From Camelus ferus (lineage: Eukaryota): DNA of 64,000 nt. Made by a program: the position numbers and the translations under genes. Location of the stretch: the NCBI RefSeq assembly GCF_009834535.1, contig NC_045696.1, forward strand, positions 49,912,001 through 49,976,000, given 5' to 3'. Under the pieces are notes generated by a model that did no database searches, was not told the DNA's origin, and was given only the letters and a program-made list of their open reading frames with translations. The first letter of the stretch is position 1; each line of letters opens with the position of its first letter. Below are positions 50,754-62,843 of the stretch, in pieces.

Positions 50754-51368
50754 TGTTGAAAATAAGGACAGAGACTTTCTCCCCTCCCGTTTCTTAGAGC
50801 AGTTATTTTCCAAAACTTGTAAATTCTGTCTCTCCATCTTTAAAATACATGTAAATCTCTTAAAGAGCTAAATAAGCAATCCAAGCATGTTTCCTCCAGC
50901 ACCTGGGGGGCCATATTTTTGAAATGTAATCATCAGGGAAAATAGGGCCCTTATCTCCCAGGTTTCTGGGAGGAGAGGAGCCAGACTTCATCTGGCACCT
51001 GGCTCCAAATTGCAAACCTACCTCCAGACAAAAAGATAAGAGGAAATTTTGTCTTTTAAGGACAATTACTAAACATATTGCCAAATGCATTTAGGATGAA
51101 AAATGTGTGACAAATAGTGCAGTGAAGTCCTCTTATTGGAGGACTAGACATTATCTTGAGAAAATGTATACAATGGGTTGTATCTGCTTGTCTATATAAA
51201 AGGGCACGATTTCTTTGTTTTTGTAATCTTTTTAGTGGGTTGCCTATAATTCTCATTACATTCTGGTTTAATGCTTATTCAATAATAAAAACTTTCTTTT
51301 CCTTCTACTTTGGTGGGAGGTTTTCTGAGGTGGCAGGAGATTTTGTTTTTAATTATGTTTCTCCAACC
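50754..51368 (+). mobile_element. ERV1 solo LTR (MER34-like)
   Basis: TG start. gaaatgtaatcatcaggga...ttatctcccaggtttctgggagg...gctccaaattgcaaacctacctcc. TATA (tatataaaa, about 51193), AATAAA (about 51284) and a MER34-type end. Confidence 0.75.
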
Positions 51369-51699
51369 ATACCTCCATTCAACTTTTCATTAATCTCTTA
51401 GGTAATTAACCCTAGGAAAGATATTAAGATAGCAGATTTTCTTATTTCCGGAATAACTAAAATTCAGGGTGAGGAAACCCACTCCTCAGTAAATTAGATG
51501 AAGCAGTGAAGTAAGAAAGAAAATCCTGAACAAAGCATCTATTAAAAATTAGGGATGTCCACTGCATACAGATCTAAGAAATCTATGACTGCCCTAGTCT
51601 GTTCCTCCCATTCTCTGTTAAAATGACTTCTTTCCCCAGGCTGGATAATTATCATAAATTTTAAGGAATACCTTACAAGTCACCTAAAGCTTTCTATTC

Positions 51700-52232
51700 T
51701 GTTGTGGGGGAGGGAAAAAAAGAAACCCCAAAACTTCCTCTAGGTTATCCTGGCTGGTCTAAGCATTAAATCAACAGGAGAAAGATTAGCAGGAAAAAAA
51801 CCCAAATTTAATTGTAAACATACGCGGGCTCCATAAGAATATGACATTCAAGGACAAGTTAGGCAATTGAGGCTTATATGCCTTCTGAGAGAAGGAGAGG
51901 GGGTAGGGTCTGAGACTCAGGAGGAAGGCAATTCACATGGAGCTGGAGATACAGATGCTTGCTGGGCCCTTCAGAGACAGTGGGATGCAGAGAGCACGTT
52001 GGTCCCCGGGACCTGCTGAGGTCTCCTTGCCACACCAGCCCATGTTCTTTGTAGAGGTCTCGGGTAATAGTGCTCTTCCTGGACCAGGCCCTTTATCTAA
52101 ATTCTTCTAGGCAGTTAAGGGAGAGGTAAAAAGAAAGAGCTCTTAAGCTCTTTTTGTTTTTTAAAAACAATCAGCCCCCAATAATCCTCAAGCCAAAGAG
52201 CTATTCTGGGGTGGCAAGTTTTGTTCCACTGT
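51700..52232 (-). mobile_element. Second ERV1-type solo LTR (family uncertain)
   Basis: tgttgtgggg...ggcaattgaggcttatatgcc...aataatcctcaagccaaagagctattctggggtggc motifs typical of reverse ERV1 LTRs. Confidence 0.55.
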
Positions 52233-52291
52233 GGTATATATAGGAAATCGGAGATAACAGCCAATGGTCTGCCATTTTGTGTGTAAAGAAG

Positions 52292-52293
<2 letters not shown>

Positions 52294-52342
<49 letters not shown>
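52294..52342. repeat. (GT)n microsatellite
   Basis: Perfect GT run of about 24 units. Confidence 0.97.
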
Positions 52343-52345
<3 letters not shown>

Positions 52346-53594
52346 GAGATGAAGGAGTCTTGATACACTGTTGTAACTAATCCTTCTCTTCCCTATTACT
52401 TTCAGGAAAAAATTAACATTCAATTTAAAAGTCTCCCTCCCCAGTGGCCTCTGTACCTGTTGCACCCTCTAGAGGTCAGCAGCAGGAACCAGAGTTTCTC
52501 AGCATCTGGAGAAAGGCAAAAAGGGCAGGGGAGTTTAGCGGTCAGTGAGGCTGTTGGTGACTCCTCACCAATATGAATTAAGATATCCCACACCCAGGGT
52601 GGGGCCGCTTGAGCAAACAGCCTGCACGCCGCCTCAGGACTGGCTTAGTTAGTTTCCAGGTTGAGCAAAGGCTTGAATCCAAGAGACAACACCATAGGGG
52701 TGAGGGTTAGAAATCAGTCTGCCATTGTAATTTAGGGAATTGCGCCCTAACTTTCAACTTTCAGTTTCACTCAGGCCATTAGATGGAGAAGCTGAGCTGT
52801 GGAAGCATTAGCTACTGATCATGAAAATGTCTTATGATTGTGTAAGGTAGCAGGAAGGAGCAGGGCACTTACAATATACACATTTATTGCTGTGAAAATG
52901 ACTCTGGATTAAGTAACGTACTTCTATCCCACAAATAAAAGTACAGCAAATACAAATCCACACAAAGAAGCCAAAATAACAAACCTTTGAATCATACATT
53001 CTCTTTATCTTTTTTGGTTTTACTCTAGTGCCTAATACAAATGAGAAATTATATTAACTGAACTAGAAATAAAAGCCTGGATGTTTGTAAGTGGATGATG
53101 GTGAAATCAGAGGGAGAACGAGTTGGCATCTTTAAATTTACTTTCCTACCCATAGGCATTACTGTAAGAATTCATGACCAATGCTAAGCCTGTTTTGCTA
53201 CACCTGCAAGATCACAGGAGAATAAAATCAGAACAATCATTTGTTGAGAGCTTTCTATAATCCATGCACTGTGTTAAAACATTTTGGATACAATTTCTTA
53301 TTTGTTCATGTAAGAATTCTGTGGGTTAAATACCATTTCCTCTATTTTGTGGATGAGGACACTAAGCTCATAGCAGTCAAGGGACTTGCTCCAGACACCC
53401 CAATAGTAAGAGAGCTAGGATATAAGTTCAAACAGGGCATGACTTTATTTATCCATTGTCCTGTTCAATAAGTACTTGTGGAAGGATGGGTCTGGCTTTG
53501 AACTTGGGCCCGTATCACTCCACTGCGTTCAGAAAGTCTAAAACATATTTAAGTGGTTGGAGTATGTTATGACTTCCCAGTTCTTGTGTGCATT

Positions 53595-54050
53595 TGTCAA
53601 CCAAAAAAAATGCACAGCGTGAGAGCTGTGAGTTCAGTTTTATTTGGGGATTTACTGAGGACTACGGCTCAGGAGACAGCCTCTCAGGTAGATCTGAGGA
53701 ACTGCTCCGAAGAGGTAAGGGGGAGGTCAGCACACACGTAATTTTGGAGGAGGGGTTGCAACCAAGCACACATCTCAGTAGAAGTTTACTGGTAGTCATG
53801 AAGAACAGATACCTCAGTTAATGATTTTATTGCTTCTCTAAGTATGGGAAGAAATAATAAGTTTATAAAATTTTCTTCTGAAAATATTTAACTACCTGAA
53901 GTCCTGTCCTGCCTGTCTTCCCAGAGCACAGAGCTCCTCCTTCCTGACCCCGACCCCGAGCCCCTGGCAGGGTGCGTTTAAGGGCAGTGGCTGCCATGGC
54001 TCATGACTTAGCTCTTGCAGAGCCCCATGGCCAGTGATTTTTAGTTGGCA
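53595..54050 (-). mobile_element. Solo LTR resembling cetartiodactyl MER41-like elements
   Basis: Inverted termini TGTCAAC...GTTGGCA and a near-TSD catt/cttt. Motifs aaaaaaatgcacagcgtgagagctgtgagttcagttttatttgggga and cagcctctcaggtagatctgaggaactgctccgaagag. AATAAA on the minus strand. Confidence 0.75.
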
Positions 54051-56869
54051 CTTTCCAGTCCAGCCTGACTTCAGCTGCCAAGGCAGCTTAGAGGCCTTTT
54101 GGGTTAAGAGTGACTCTTTGAACCCTTTCAGCCTCAAAGAACTAGACGGTGTAAATCCACCTCTGGCCTAGTCCTTTTTAGGCTTTTGTGATTAGAGATG
54201 GGAGCTGGGAGAGCTATTTATGCTAAGAAGAATTCTTTTGGAGCTTCTTATGACAGGACAAGAGCTAGCTCATTTAAGAATTCTTGGAGTCGGGGATCTA
54301 AGAGTTTAGTGGCTTCTGCAGCCTGCTTCCCTGCAGAAGTCTTGTAGAGGGGTGAGGCCTGCCTGGGGGGTAGTACTGAGACATCTCCCTGAGTGTGATT
54401 TTCTAATTCTTTACTCCGTGGTCCAGAATGTGAGTCGATTAGGAGTCCTGGCTAGTGTCAGAGAGTTATGTGTTTGAAAACTATGACTGTTAATGGCTGA
54501 TATTCCTCATTAGGGAGTATTTGGCTTTAAAAAGGAAGTAGCAACACAGTTCCAAGACCTCTTTAAGTGGACTTTGGGACTGGGGATTTTGCTTTCTGGG
54601 GATATGTCTTCTTGAGAGCAATAATAAAACAGAAGGTTGTTTTTAATGGGAAGGGGACTGTTTGGAAACAAAAATGGGAATTTGTTCAGCTCATTAAGAG
54701 GACTCTTAAGGTATGTACTGGGGATACATTAATTATGTATACATTAATAAATTAATGTATAATATAACATAATATTAATAGATTAATATTAATAGATTAA
54801 TGACGTACCGGGCAGGTGGATGGCATAACACTTCCCTGTCATTGTTTGGGCCGTTGTGTGGGAATGAATGGCTCTTGGGAAGAAAGATCCTTCAGCTGCA
54901 AAGTTTCCTGTTTTTCATCAGTAAGGCTAACATAGAATATAGATTATGTAACTAGAGGGGAAAAAAATACAAACGAGGTTTAAGCACTGTAAAAGTTAAA
55001 AGCTAAATTTAAAAAATCCCAGTGGTCAAGGGACCAAGGAAAATCTTTTATCTAAAAATGTTAAAGGCAGAGTGTTCTGGGCCTTGTAAGCAATAAGTAA
55101 CTTCCCCTGAAGAGTAAATGAAAGTGAGCTCCAAGCGCCCTCCTCAGGCCAAAGGCTGAGCAACACCTTCCTTCCTGTGAAGGCAGCATCCTGGGCACCC
55201 AGTCACAGTACCCTGCTGACGACGGTGGGGATGCAAGGTGCTGGGATTATTTCACATCTCAGTGCCTTGTTCAGGCTTCTTTCCCCACGTGGAAGTGTTT
55301 AGGCTCGAGGACACAGACCTAGTCGAACACTGACAATGACTAACGTTTGAGGAGTGTATCCTTCTCTTCTCCAATGGCTTAGATTTCCAAAATAAAATCT
55401 AAAGAAGTTTAAAAGCATTGTAAATTATTCTGAATGCGCTTGGGAGATTTGGGTCTCAGTGTCGTCACGTCTAGCTGTGACTTGGAATAATTTACCTGAA
55501 TTCTTTAAGCTCCATTACTTTGTTTAAAACGGGGTGGTAATAGTACCTACCTCCTAAAATTCGTGTACTGATTGCCCAAGCTAAAATGAGGGCAACGCCC
55601 CCTGCAGAGGTCTGGTGCGCACTAAGCTCGCTGTCACTGACGGAGGGCACGTCTTCCCCTCTCGGTGTCCAGACTGAGGGCTTCACTCTCCGTTGCCTTA
55701 ACGCCCCGTTGCCTTATCACCACCTCCTTGTCTGTTCTGCTGAGGTGTAGTAACTTATCAGGTTGATAGATTTGGAAGCAGAACCTGGATATTCTCTGTC
55801 CAACCCCTTCTTGATTTCTTTTGGAAGTGAGCTTGCCCTTAGACATCTACTTTCTGCTGGTCTCAGTTATGCACTCAGTGAATGGTAAATGCCTGCAGTG
55901 GTCAATCTGTCCAAATTTGGGGGTCAGAAGGGGACCACGTGCTCTATGTCACCTCAGTTACTAATAAAGGTGTGTGTATTTGCGGCGGGGTGGGGGCGGG
56001 GGCCGAGGGCAAGGGTTGGAGGTGTCTTAGGCTCTAACTGCTTTCATCCTTTGTTTTCATCCTTAATTTTCAATCGGTTCAGAAACCAGGAGAGGAAGGG
56101 TGTTCATTAATAAGATTCTTCAGACACTAAAACAGCTTTCATGTAATTATCACTGGGGGGGAAAAAAGCAAAAACAACCAGTTGGGGTTAGTCTTGTACA
56201 GAAGCGATAGTTTGGTTCAATTTACCCAACAGCAGTTGACCAGACTGTCTTCTCCACAAGCACATTTTGTGAACAGAGTCTCCCCACTCAGCTTCTGAAA
56301 ACGTGCCCACCACCAGGTGTGGCAAGAACAAAATTTGGAACAGCATTTCCCAACCCCTGCGTGGAAGCACGATCCTGAAGACATATATTTAAATTTTTAT
56401 TAATTCTTCAGATACTGGAGGGATATATGGTAAAATAGCTAATCTTAGGGTTGGTTTTCAAATCTTTGCTTGCCTCTCACTAGCTGTGAGATTTCTGGCA
56501 AGTTACACTCACTCTTTCAGTTCACTCATTTGTAAATTGGAAATAATAATACCTTCCTTGTATGGTTGCCATGAAGTTTAAATATATTCATAACTGTATA
56601 GCATTTGTTTTACACTAGCATACAGAAAGCACTCAGTAACTTTTCACTGTTAAGGTTATTTGTAAAAATTACATGCTGGGCATTGTGCTCATGGTTATAA
56701 ATGTAATGGTGAACAAAGTGGATACTGGAAGTTTCATTTAGGACAGAGTTACATGGTTTAGCCTAAATCCGTTTCCATTCACTACTGTTTGAACTCACTG
56801 AGTGCTTCCAAGAGGAGTGAAGTGTAATGAAAGGCAAAAATCAATCCTTGGTTCAAGAGCAACATTTTA

Positions 56870-57243
56870 ACTACATTTTAATAACATTTTATTTTTCATA
56901 AAGTGAATCAAAACATTTTTGCTCTAAGAATAATATGCAAACTGTCTAAGTGGCATAAGCTTATTTTCTGGCTCTAAAACTAAAACTTAAAGATTTTCTG
57001 ATATTTTAGATACTTTAAATAATAGATGTTTTAAATCAAGGAAATTTTGCAAAAAACGTATTTTAAATGGAATGGTGGCAAGGACCAAATTTCTTTCCCT
57101 GTGGCACCGAGAATATCCACACAAGATTCGACTTGAAGTTGCTCCCTCTTGAGGGGGGGAAATGTGTTTCAAAAACAGGAGGCGTCTCAAGACAGCAGTG
57201 CCAATACGTGTGTTAGTCTTCAGAACAGTCTTGTCAACCATTC
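56870..57243 (-). other. SLC9C1: SLC9C1 terminal exon (3' UTR in my model)
   Basis: Very strong acceptor ttttttcccttctcctttccAG ending at 57244. The 3' end is inferred from the AATAAA. Confidence 0.7.
56888..56893 (-). terminator. Candidate SLC9C1 polyadenylation signal
   Basis: tttatt on + equals AATAAA on -, about 350 nt into the terminal exon. Confidence 0.55.
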
Positions 57244-57904
57244 CTGGAAAGGAGAAGGGAAAAAACAAAGGAAAAAAAAAAACAAAACCTTTGGAATCTT
57301 TCAATGTTGATCCACAACCCAGAATAGGATGTACTAGAGGGTCAGTTTCATTCCCATGAGAAACATCTTTTGATCATTATTGATGAGGCCAAGGAATAAA
57401 GTTGAGCAGGTGAGTGTGAATCACTCGTCATAAAGCGGTGGCAGCGTGATTTAAACTGAGAGCCCAAATCCAAGAAACCAGGGGAGTCTGTGGAACTGGT
57501 CAGGGCTAGATTATGGATTTTCAGGAGGAAGGTTTCCCATTGTGGGAATAACTGCCTGGAGTCATTATCACTCACTGATTCAAGCGCTGGCTGTTACCAC
57601 TCCTTTTCCTAGCACTGTGAATTAAATCATGCTTGATAGTTTTATGATCATATTTTTTCACTATAAAAGTAACAAAACCACTTAAGATAAGAGCAGTAAA
57701 CAAAACCATCCCCAATCTCACCTTCTAACATACAATTGCATCATTTGGATTTATCTTTTCTGGCCTTGTTTCATGCTAAAAAATTTGTTTGTGCAATTTT
57801 GCCTACCTCTTTTATATTGGACTACTTAACCATTTTATTTTTTTGCATATTCCTAAAATCTTTGTAATATAATTAACATAATTTAAGTTGTGCTTATCCT
57901 TCTT

Positions 57905-58175
57905 TGTATTTTATTTTTTAATTGAAGTAGAGTTGATTTACAATGTTGTGTTACTTTCTGGTGTACAGCAAAGTGATTCAGTTATACTTATACACACAAG
58001 TATATTCTTTTTCATATTCTTTTCCATTATGGTTTATTACAGGATATTGAATATGGTTCCCTGTTCTATATAGTAGGACCTTGCTGTTTATCTGTTTTAT
58101 GTGTAGTAATTTGTATCTGCTAATCCCAAACTTTTAATTTATCCCTCCCCCACCCCCTTTCCCTTTCCAACCAGT
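57905..58175 (-). mobile_element. Short L1 3' end
   Basis: ttttaattgaagtagagttgatttacaatgttgtg...caggatattgaatatggttccctg...atccctccccc. Confidence 0.85.
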
Positions 58176-59624
58176 CTTTTTAATGGTTGTATGATATTCC
58201 TTGTGCAGATGCTCTGTAGTGAAATTTTACACTTTCTTATTGTTGAACACTTGGACGTTTAAAAAGTTTTGCTACTAGAAATAGTAGTGTAACTAGACAT
58301 TTTGTACATATATCTACTTGAATACTTTGAATTACTCTCTTTAGATTAATTCTCAGAAGAAAAATCACTGAATTGTATGTGAGCATTTTTATGACTTTTG
58401 TTACAAATTACTTTTGCTTGTCTACCAGCAAAATATGAGAAAACAAGTTTCACTCTATTTTCATCTATTTCAAAGGAAATAAACTTTACCATTGAATAAA
58501 ATTGCTCATTTAAGAAAGCAAATGTTGATACTTTATGTTGTCTAATTTTGTTGTTTAAAATTCTCTCCATGTACTGGTTATTGCCTTGTCTCTGAATGGC
58601 TGTTCATAAGTCTACCTGTTGGAATCACAGTGTTTTCCTAGGCATTATGTATACATCTTTCCCATGTAAAGATATTCATTGTGTTGCAAGTAATTTTTGT
58701 AAATAATTTTTTTCATGGTGTATTGTTAGCCGTTAAATCTATTTTTAAATATGATCTTTATCATAGGAAGTGGCATGCAAGAGCTAACATTTTTGAAATG
58801 GAGATAAAATAATTTCAAAGTATACTGTATATATGTATTTACATGCAATATAATGTGTATGTGCAGTTGAACTGTAATAAGTCTACATAAGAAAACTGAA
58901 AAAGGAAAAAAAAGAAATAAAACAATTTATCTGAAGGTCATTTTTAAACCCAGGGATATGTTTAATGTAATATAGAGCCATATAAAGCACATATATACAC
59001 AAATATTTCCCCATAGACACCACATTTTGAATAGCCAATAGCCAGACCGGTCTAGTCATTGTTCCTCAAAAGTCTCGCTCTCTTGTGTCTTCTGTTCTGA
59101 ACATCTGCTTCCTTTCTCTACAAAGTCTTTGTTTATGCTCGGTCTCTACCTGTTTCTCTTTTAAATTCATTTAGCTTCAGTTGGCACTATTCATAGTGTA
59201 TCTTGTATTGTTATTTAATTGTCTTCTGGTATGTTTTGTCTCCTTAAGCAGAACATACGCTCTTGAAAATGAAGTCATAGCTTATGGCCTGTTTCTATCT
59301 TCCACAAGACATGGCAGCCTGAAAAATGACTTGCCGAATTAGGAGCAATCAGTGTTGCATTCGAGATTAAGTAACAGAATATGGAGAAAAAACCATGAGA
59401 GTATAAAGTTTTCAGAAATCTAGATAAAGGAATCTTATTCTAAAGTTAAGTCTCCAAATTAGAGTTTAGAACTAGTGTCATTAGAAGGATCAGCTGGCTC
59501 ATGGAAAGTGGGATAATGCACGCTATCACACAAAGGACAAAGAAACTTCTGGCTTCAGTCTGCATCTCCAAGGACAGGCGTGCTCCTGATCATGTCGGGG
59601 AAACTGAGGCAGTTTACCAGACTT

Positions 59625-59705
59625 TCATTCAGGTTTATTCTGGAGGTTTTCATAGATGTTCATCTCCTCCTTGGTAATATCAGTTGATTCTCTGAGATGT
59701 TGATT
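59625..59705 (-). CDS. SLC9C1: SLC9C1 penultimate exon, coding part (exon runs to 59618)
   Basis: ttctAG acceptor. NQHLRESTDITKEEMNIYENLQNKPE* (TGA 59625-59627). Donor CTG|gtaaac at 59618/59617. Confidence 0.7.
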   Translation of the reverse strand, partial: NQHLRESTDITKEEMNIYENLQNKPE

Positions 59706-61290
59706 CTAGAATTTGAGATAGGAGACAGGAGTCAAAGAGCGAGACTCTTAATAAGATTTATAAAACAGGGCTGGTATTGAATCTGGTCTGTAGAGCAGGG
59801 GACCAAGAACTGGGACTTCTGGCAGTGGAGACACTGCGTGCTCCATCCTGGGGACCAGAACCTTCGTAAGGGGCTGCTCGATGTTGTGAAAGGCTTTTTC
59901 ACTGTGTAAAGGTAAAGCCACAATTCTGCAGTGGTGGTGGGGGAATGGTTTGAGGGGAGTGGGAAGGGAGCCAGCCCACCAACACAGCTAGGACCTGACA
60001 TCAGGGAGGAAAAGCATCTACTAAGTAACACAATTGGTTGTCTCACTAGCAGATGTTTCTACCATTTAATGGACTGTCTCTCACTTCCACACTGCTTCCT
60101 CTACATTAACAATCACCATGCAATCTTTTTTTTTTTTTAATTAAGAAAAAGCAGCATTTTAGGGGAATATGTACTGGAAGAGCATTAGCTTACCTGGCTC
60201 CTCCCTCTATTCCCCCAAATAGGCTATTCAGATGAATCCTACAGGTCTGGCAGCCTGCCAGGGCTGAGGAGACGGTGGCCTAATTGGTGAGTTTTAGAAG
60301 CCATCTAATGTGTTATCTTAAATGTCATTCTCATCATTTTTTTTCTGGTTGTTTTTTAATTGTAATTTCCTTTGTTATTTCCTAGTCTTCAGCAGCCACT
60401 GCTAGAATTAGAGGTGGTGACTGTATATATTTTTTTTAGAAAATTAATATGGGGAGAGTAAGAGAAGTTTGGAGAAGTAGTTTACAATGGTAAGGAGGGG
60501 TCAGCAGAGAGTAATGGACATTATATGCATGTATTGCTTGTTATATGCCAAATGCAGCATGTATCTTTAATCCCCACAGCAGCACCATATGAGACAGGGA
60601 TTGTTACATCCCTGTTTTACAGACAGGGAAACTGATGCTTAGGCGGGATGAGAAATGCATCCAAGGTCACACAGCTAATACGTGATGGAACCAGGAGGCA
60701 AGCCAGAGAGTCTCATGCTGGAGCCCTTGCTTTTAGCCCCTGTGCTATTGGGTCAGGAGTTCCAGGCAAGAAGCAACAACCAGGGAAGATTTGGGGAAAG
60801 CTTCCCCAGGAAGACTCCAAAGTTCTTAGGGAGGAAGTCCACTTCCTGCTTTCATGCAGGATGGGAACTTGTGTATTAAAGACAAGTGTTGGCCTCTTGA
60901 AGGCCTGAGAACCTGGACACATTTGACTTAAAGACAAACATGAGAAAAACACCTTTAGCGTCCGCCACAGAACCGATAATCACCTTTTATTCAACATACA
61001 CTTGTGAGGAGAGGTTTGGGGGAGAGGGACCATGTGTTTTGAGTTTTGTGCCTACTGTTAGTAGAGCAAATGGACGTGGTTAATGTAGACATTTTTAACA
61101 ATCAAATATACAATTTTCTGGCTTGTGTATTGGTAGCAGATATTTCTCAGATTCTGGGTATTATAATCAGCATCTCCCGCAGGAATACAAACAGCTTGGC
61201 AAAGACTAGAATCAAAAGTAAATTCTCTACCCTACCTGAAGCTTCCTAAAATCCAGTCTACAGACAGGCTCAGGTAGAAGTAATGAGGTA

Positions 61291-61382
61291 CAGTTGTCCC
61301 TAGGTATCCGCAGGGGATTGGTCCCAGGACCCCTTGTGAAAACCCAAATCCTCAGATGCTCAAGTCCCTTATGTAAAATGGG
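61291..61382. mobile_element. MER2/Tigger-family terminal fragment
   Basis: ta|cagttgtccctaggtatccgcaggggattggtcccaggacccc...gatgctcaagtcccttatgtaaaatgg. Confidence 0.75.
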
Positions 61383-62067
61383 AATGGGTTCCACGTTCTA
61401 GAATTTGGAAAGTCAATTGTACTTTCACTCTATTTCTCTTTGTCCCAGTGTCAATTCCATGGCCTGATAGTGTTTTATAACTTGGGATCTTGCTACAAAG
61501 TTGGCCCAGGATTTTAAAGATTCCTACATCCCCAAACGACCTATCCAAGTTCACCATGGACCATGGAATTAATCAATATTTGTGGGGCTTTCTGCATAAC
61601 TTGAGTTAGCCTGGGGTAGGCTAGATTAGAGCATTTTTTTTATTGAGCTCCTGCTTTGTGACAGGCATTGTGAATACCAGGGCAAACCACCTGCAAATCG
61701 GAAGATCCTAAATGCGTAGCTGAGGTGGCAGTAACGTATTCAGATCAAAGTTTGAGCACAAGTGGAGAAGGGCTCTCTACACTGTGACCGTACGCACCCT
61801 GGTGGGGCCTGGTTGCTAATGTAATTCAAGAATATTCTGGCATCTCCTGAACTTTATTTTTCTTTGTAATTTCTCTGACATTAACCTAAAAATATAAATA
61901 CAGTTTCCACTGTACCGTGTGCTGGAGGAAAGCGTTCATATCAAAATCTATAAAATAATTAGCAGGTGAACTCCTTCAGAGCAAGAGAAACGCACTGGTA
62001 GTTTGCATAAATTCCAGAGACCCTTTTACCCAAAATAAAACTTTTCAGAAGACTGCTTTAAGTTTAC

Positions 62068-62132
62068 CTGAGTACTTATTTCATCTTGAGAGCGTTCTTC
62101 ATCTGTTCTGCCTGCAGCTGGTTCAGAAAAGA
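62068..62132 (-). CDS. SLC9C1: SLC9C1 small internal exon
   Basis: acacAG acceptor. (V)FSEPAAGRTDEERSQDEISTQ. Donor CAG|gtaaac, 65 nt, phase 1-0. Acceptor choice is ambiguous. Confidence 0.65.
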
Positions 62133-62719
62133 CTGTGTTAGGTCAAGCAATGAAACAAAGGACCGCATCAATTAGTCCAACCATCAAATTCAAACAGGTT
62201 CGGATCACTTAGGCCCAGGGCCTGTGATGTGAAGTGGTGGAAATTTCAATTGGTAAGAAGTAGGGTCACTTTTTAGAAAGAGATTAAAAGTCTTTTATTT
62301 TAAGGATTGGGTAACAAATATGCAGAAAGTTTGGAAAGTAGAGAGACAATATCATGTATTGTCCCAACATCCCCCAAATACTTTTATATTAATATGCATT
62401 GAGAGTGCCAGGCCCATTGGTAAGTAATGAGGATACATGAGAAAGCAAACGAGTTACGATCCATGCTTTCTTGGAGCAGAAGGACCAGCAAACATACAAA
62501 CAAACAAACAAAATAATGCAAGATGGAAAATACAGAATAATTTGTAACTACGACTGAGATGTTATCAGTCTTAATTCACACATTGAATGTCAAATATGGC
62601 AGTTAAAAGGATTCCTCAGTACTCTAGACTGAGTGCATGTAAGTTTCCAAATACAAATATGACTATTTTATGAAGGGAAAGTAAGTTCACAGTTACTCAG
62701 AGAAGTGTCACTCACATAC

Positions 62720-62843
62720 CTGAGGTTGTTGAACGAGATGGTTTTTGTGACGGTATATCTTTTCTAGTCTTCCATCTGAATCTTTTCACATCAATTGAAG
62801 TTTGAACAATCATTACCTTTGTGAAATCTTCAGTGCCTTGTAT
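62720..62843 (-). CDS. SLC9C1: SLC9C1 (sperm Na+/H+ exchanger) C-terminal region exon; gene continues beyond the window
   Basis: ctttcAG acceptor. IQGTEDFTKVMIVQTSIDVKRFRWKTRKDIPSQKPSRSTTS. Donor G|gtatgt. Matches human IQSIEDFTKVVIIQTPINMKTFR as recalled, plus synteny. Confidence 0.9.
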
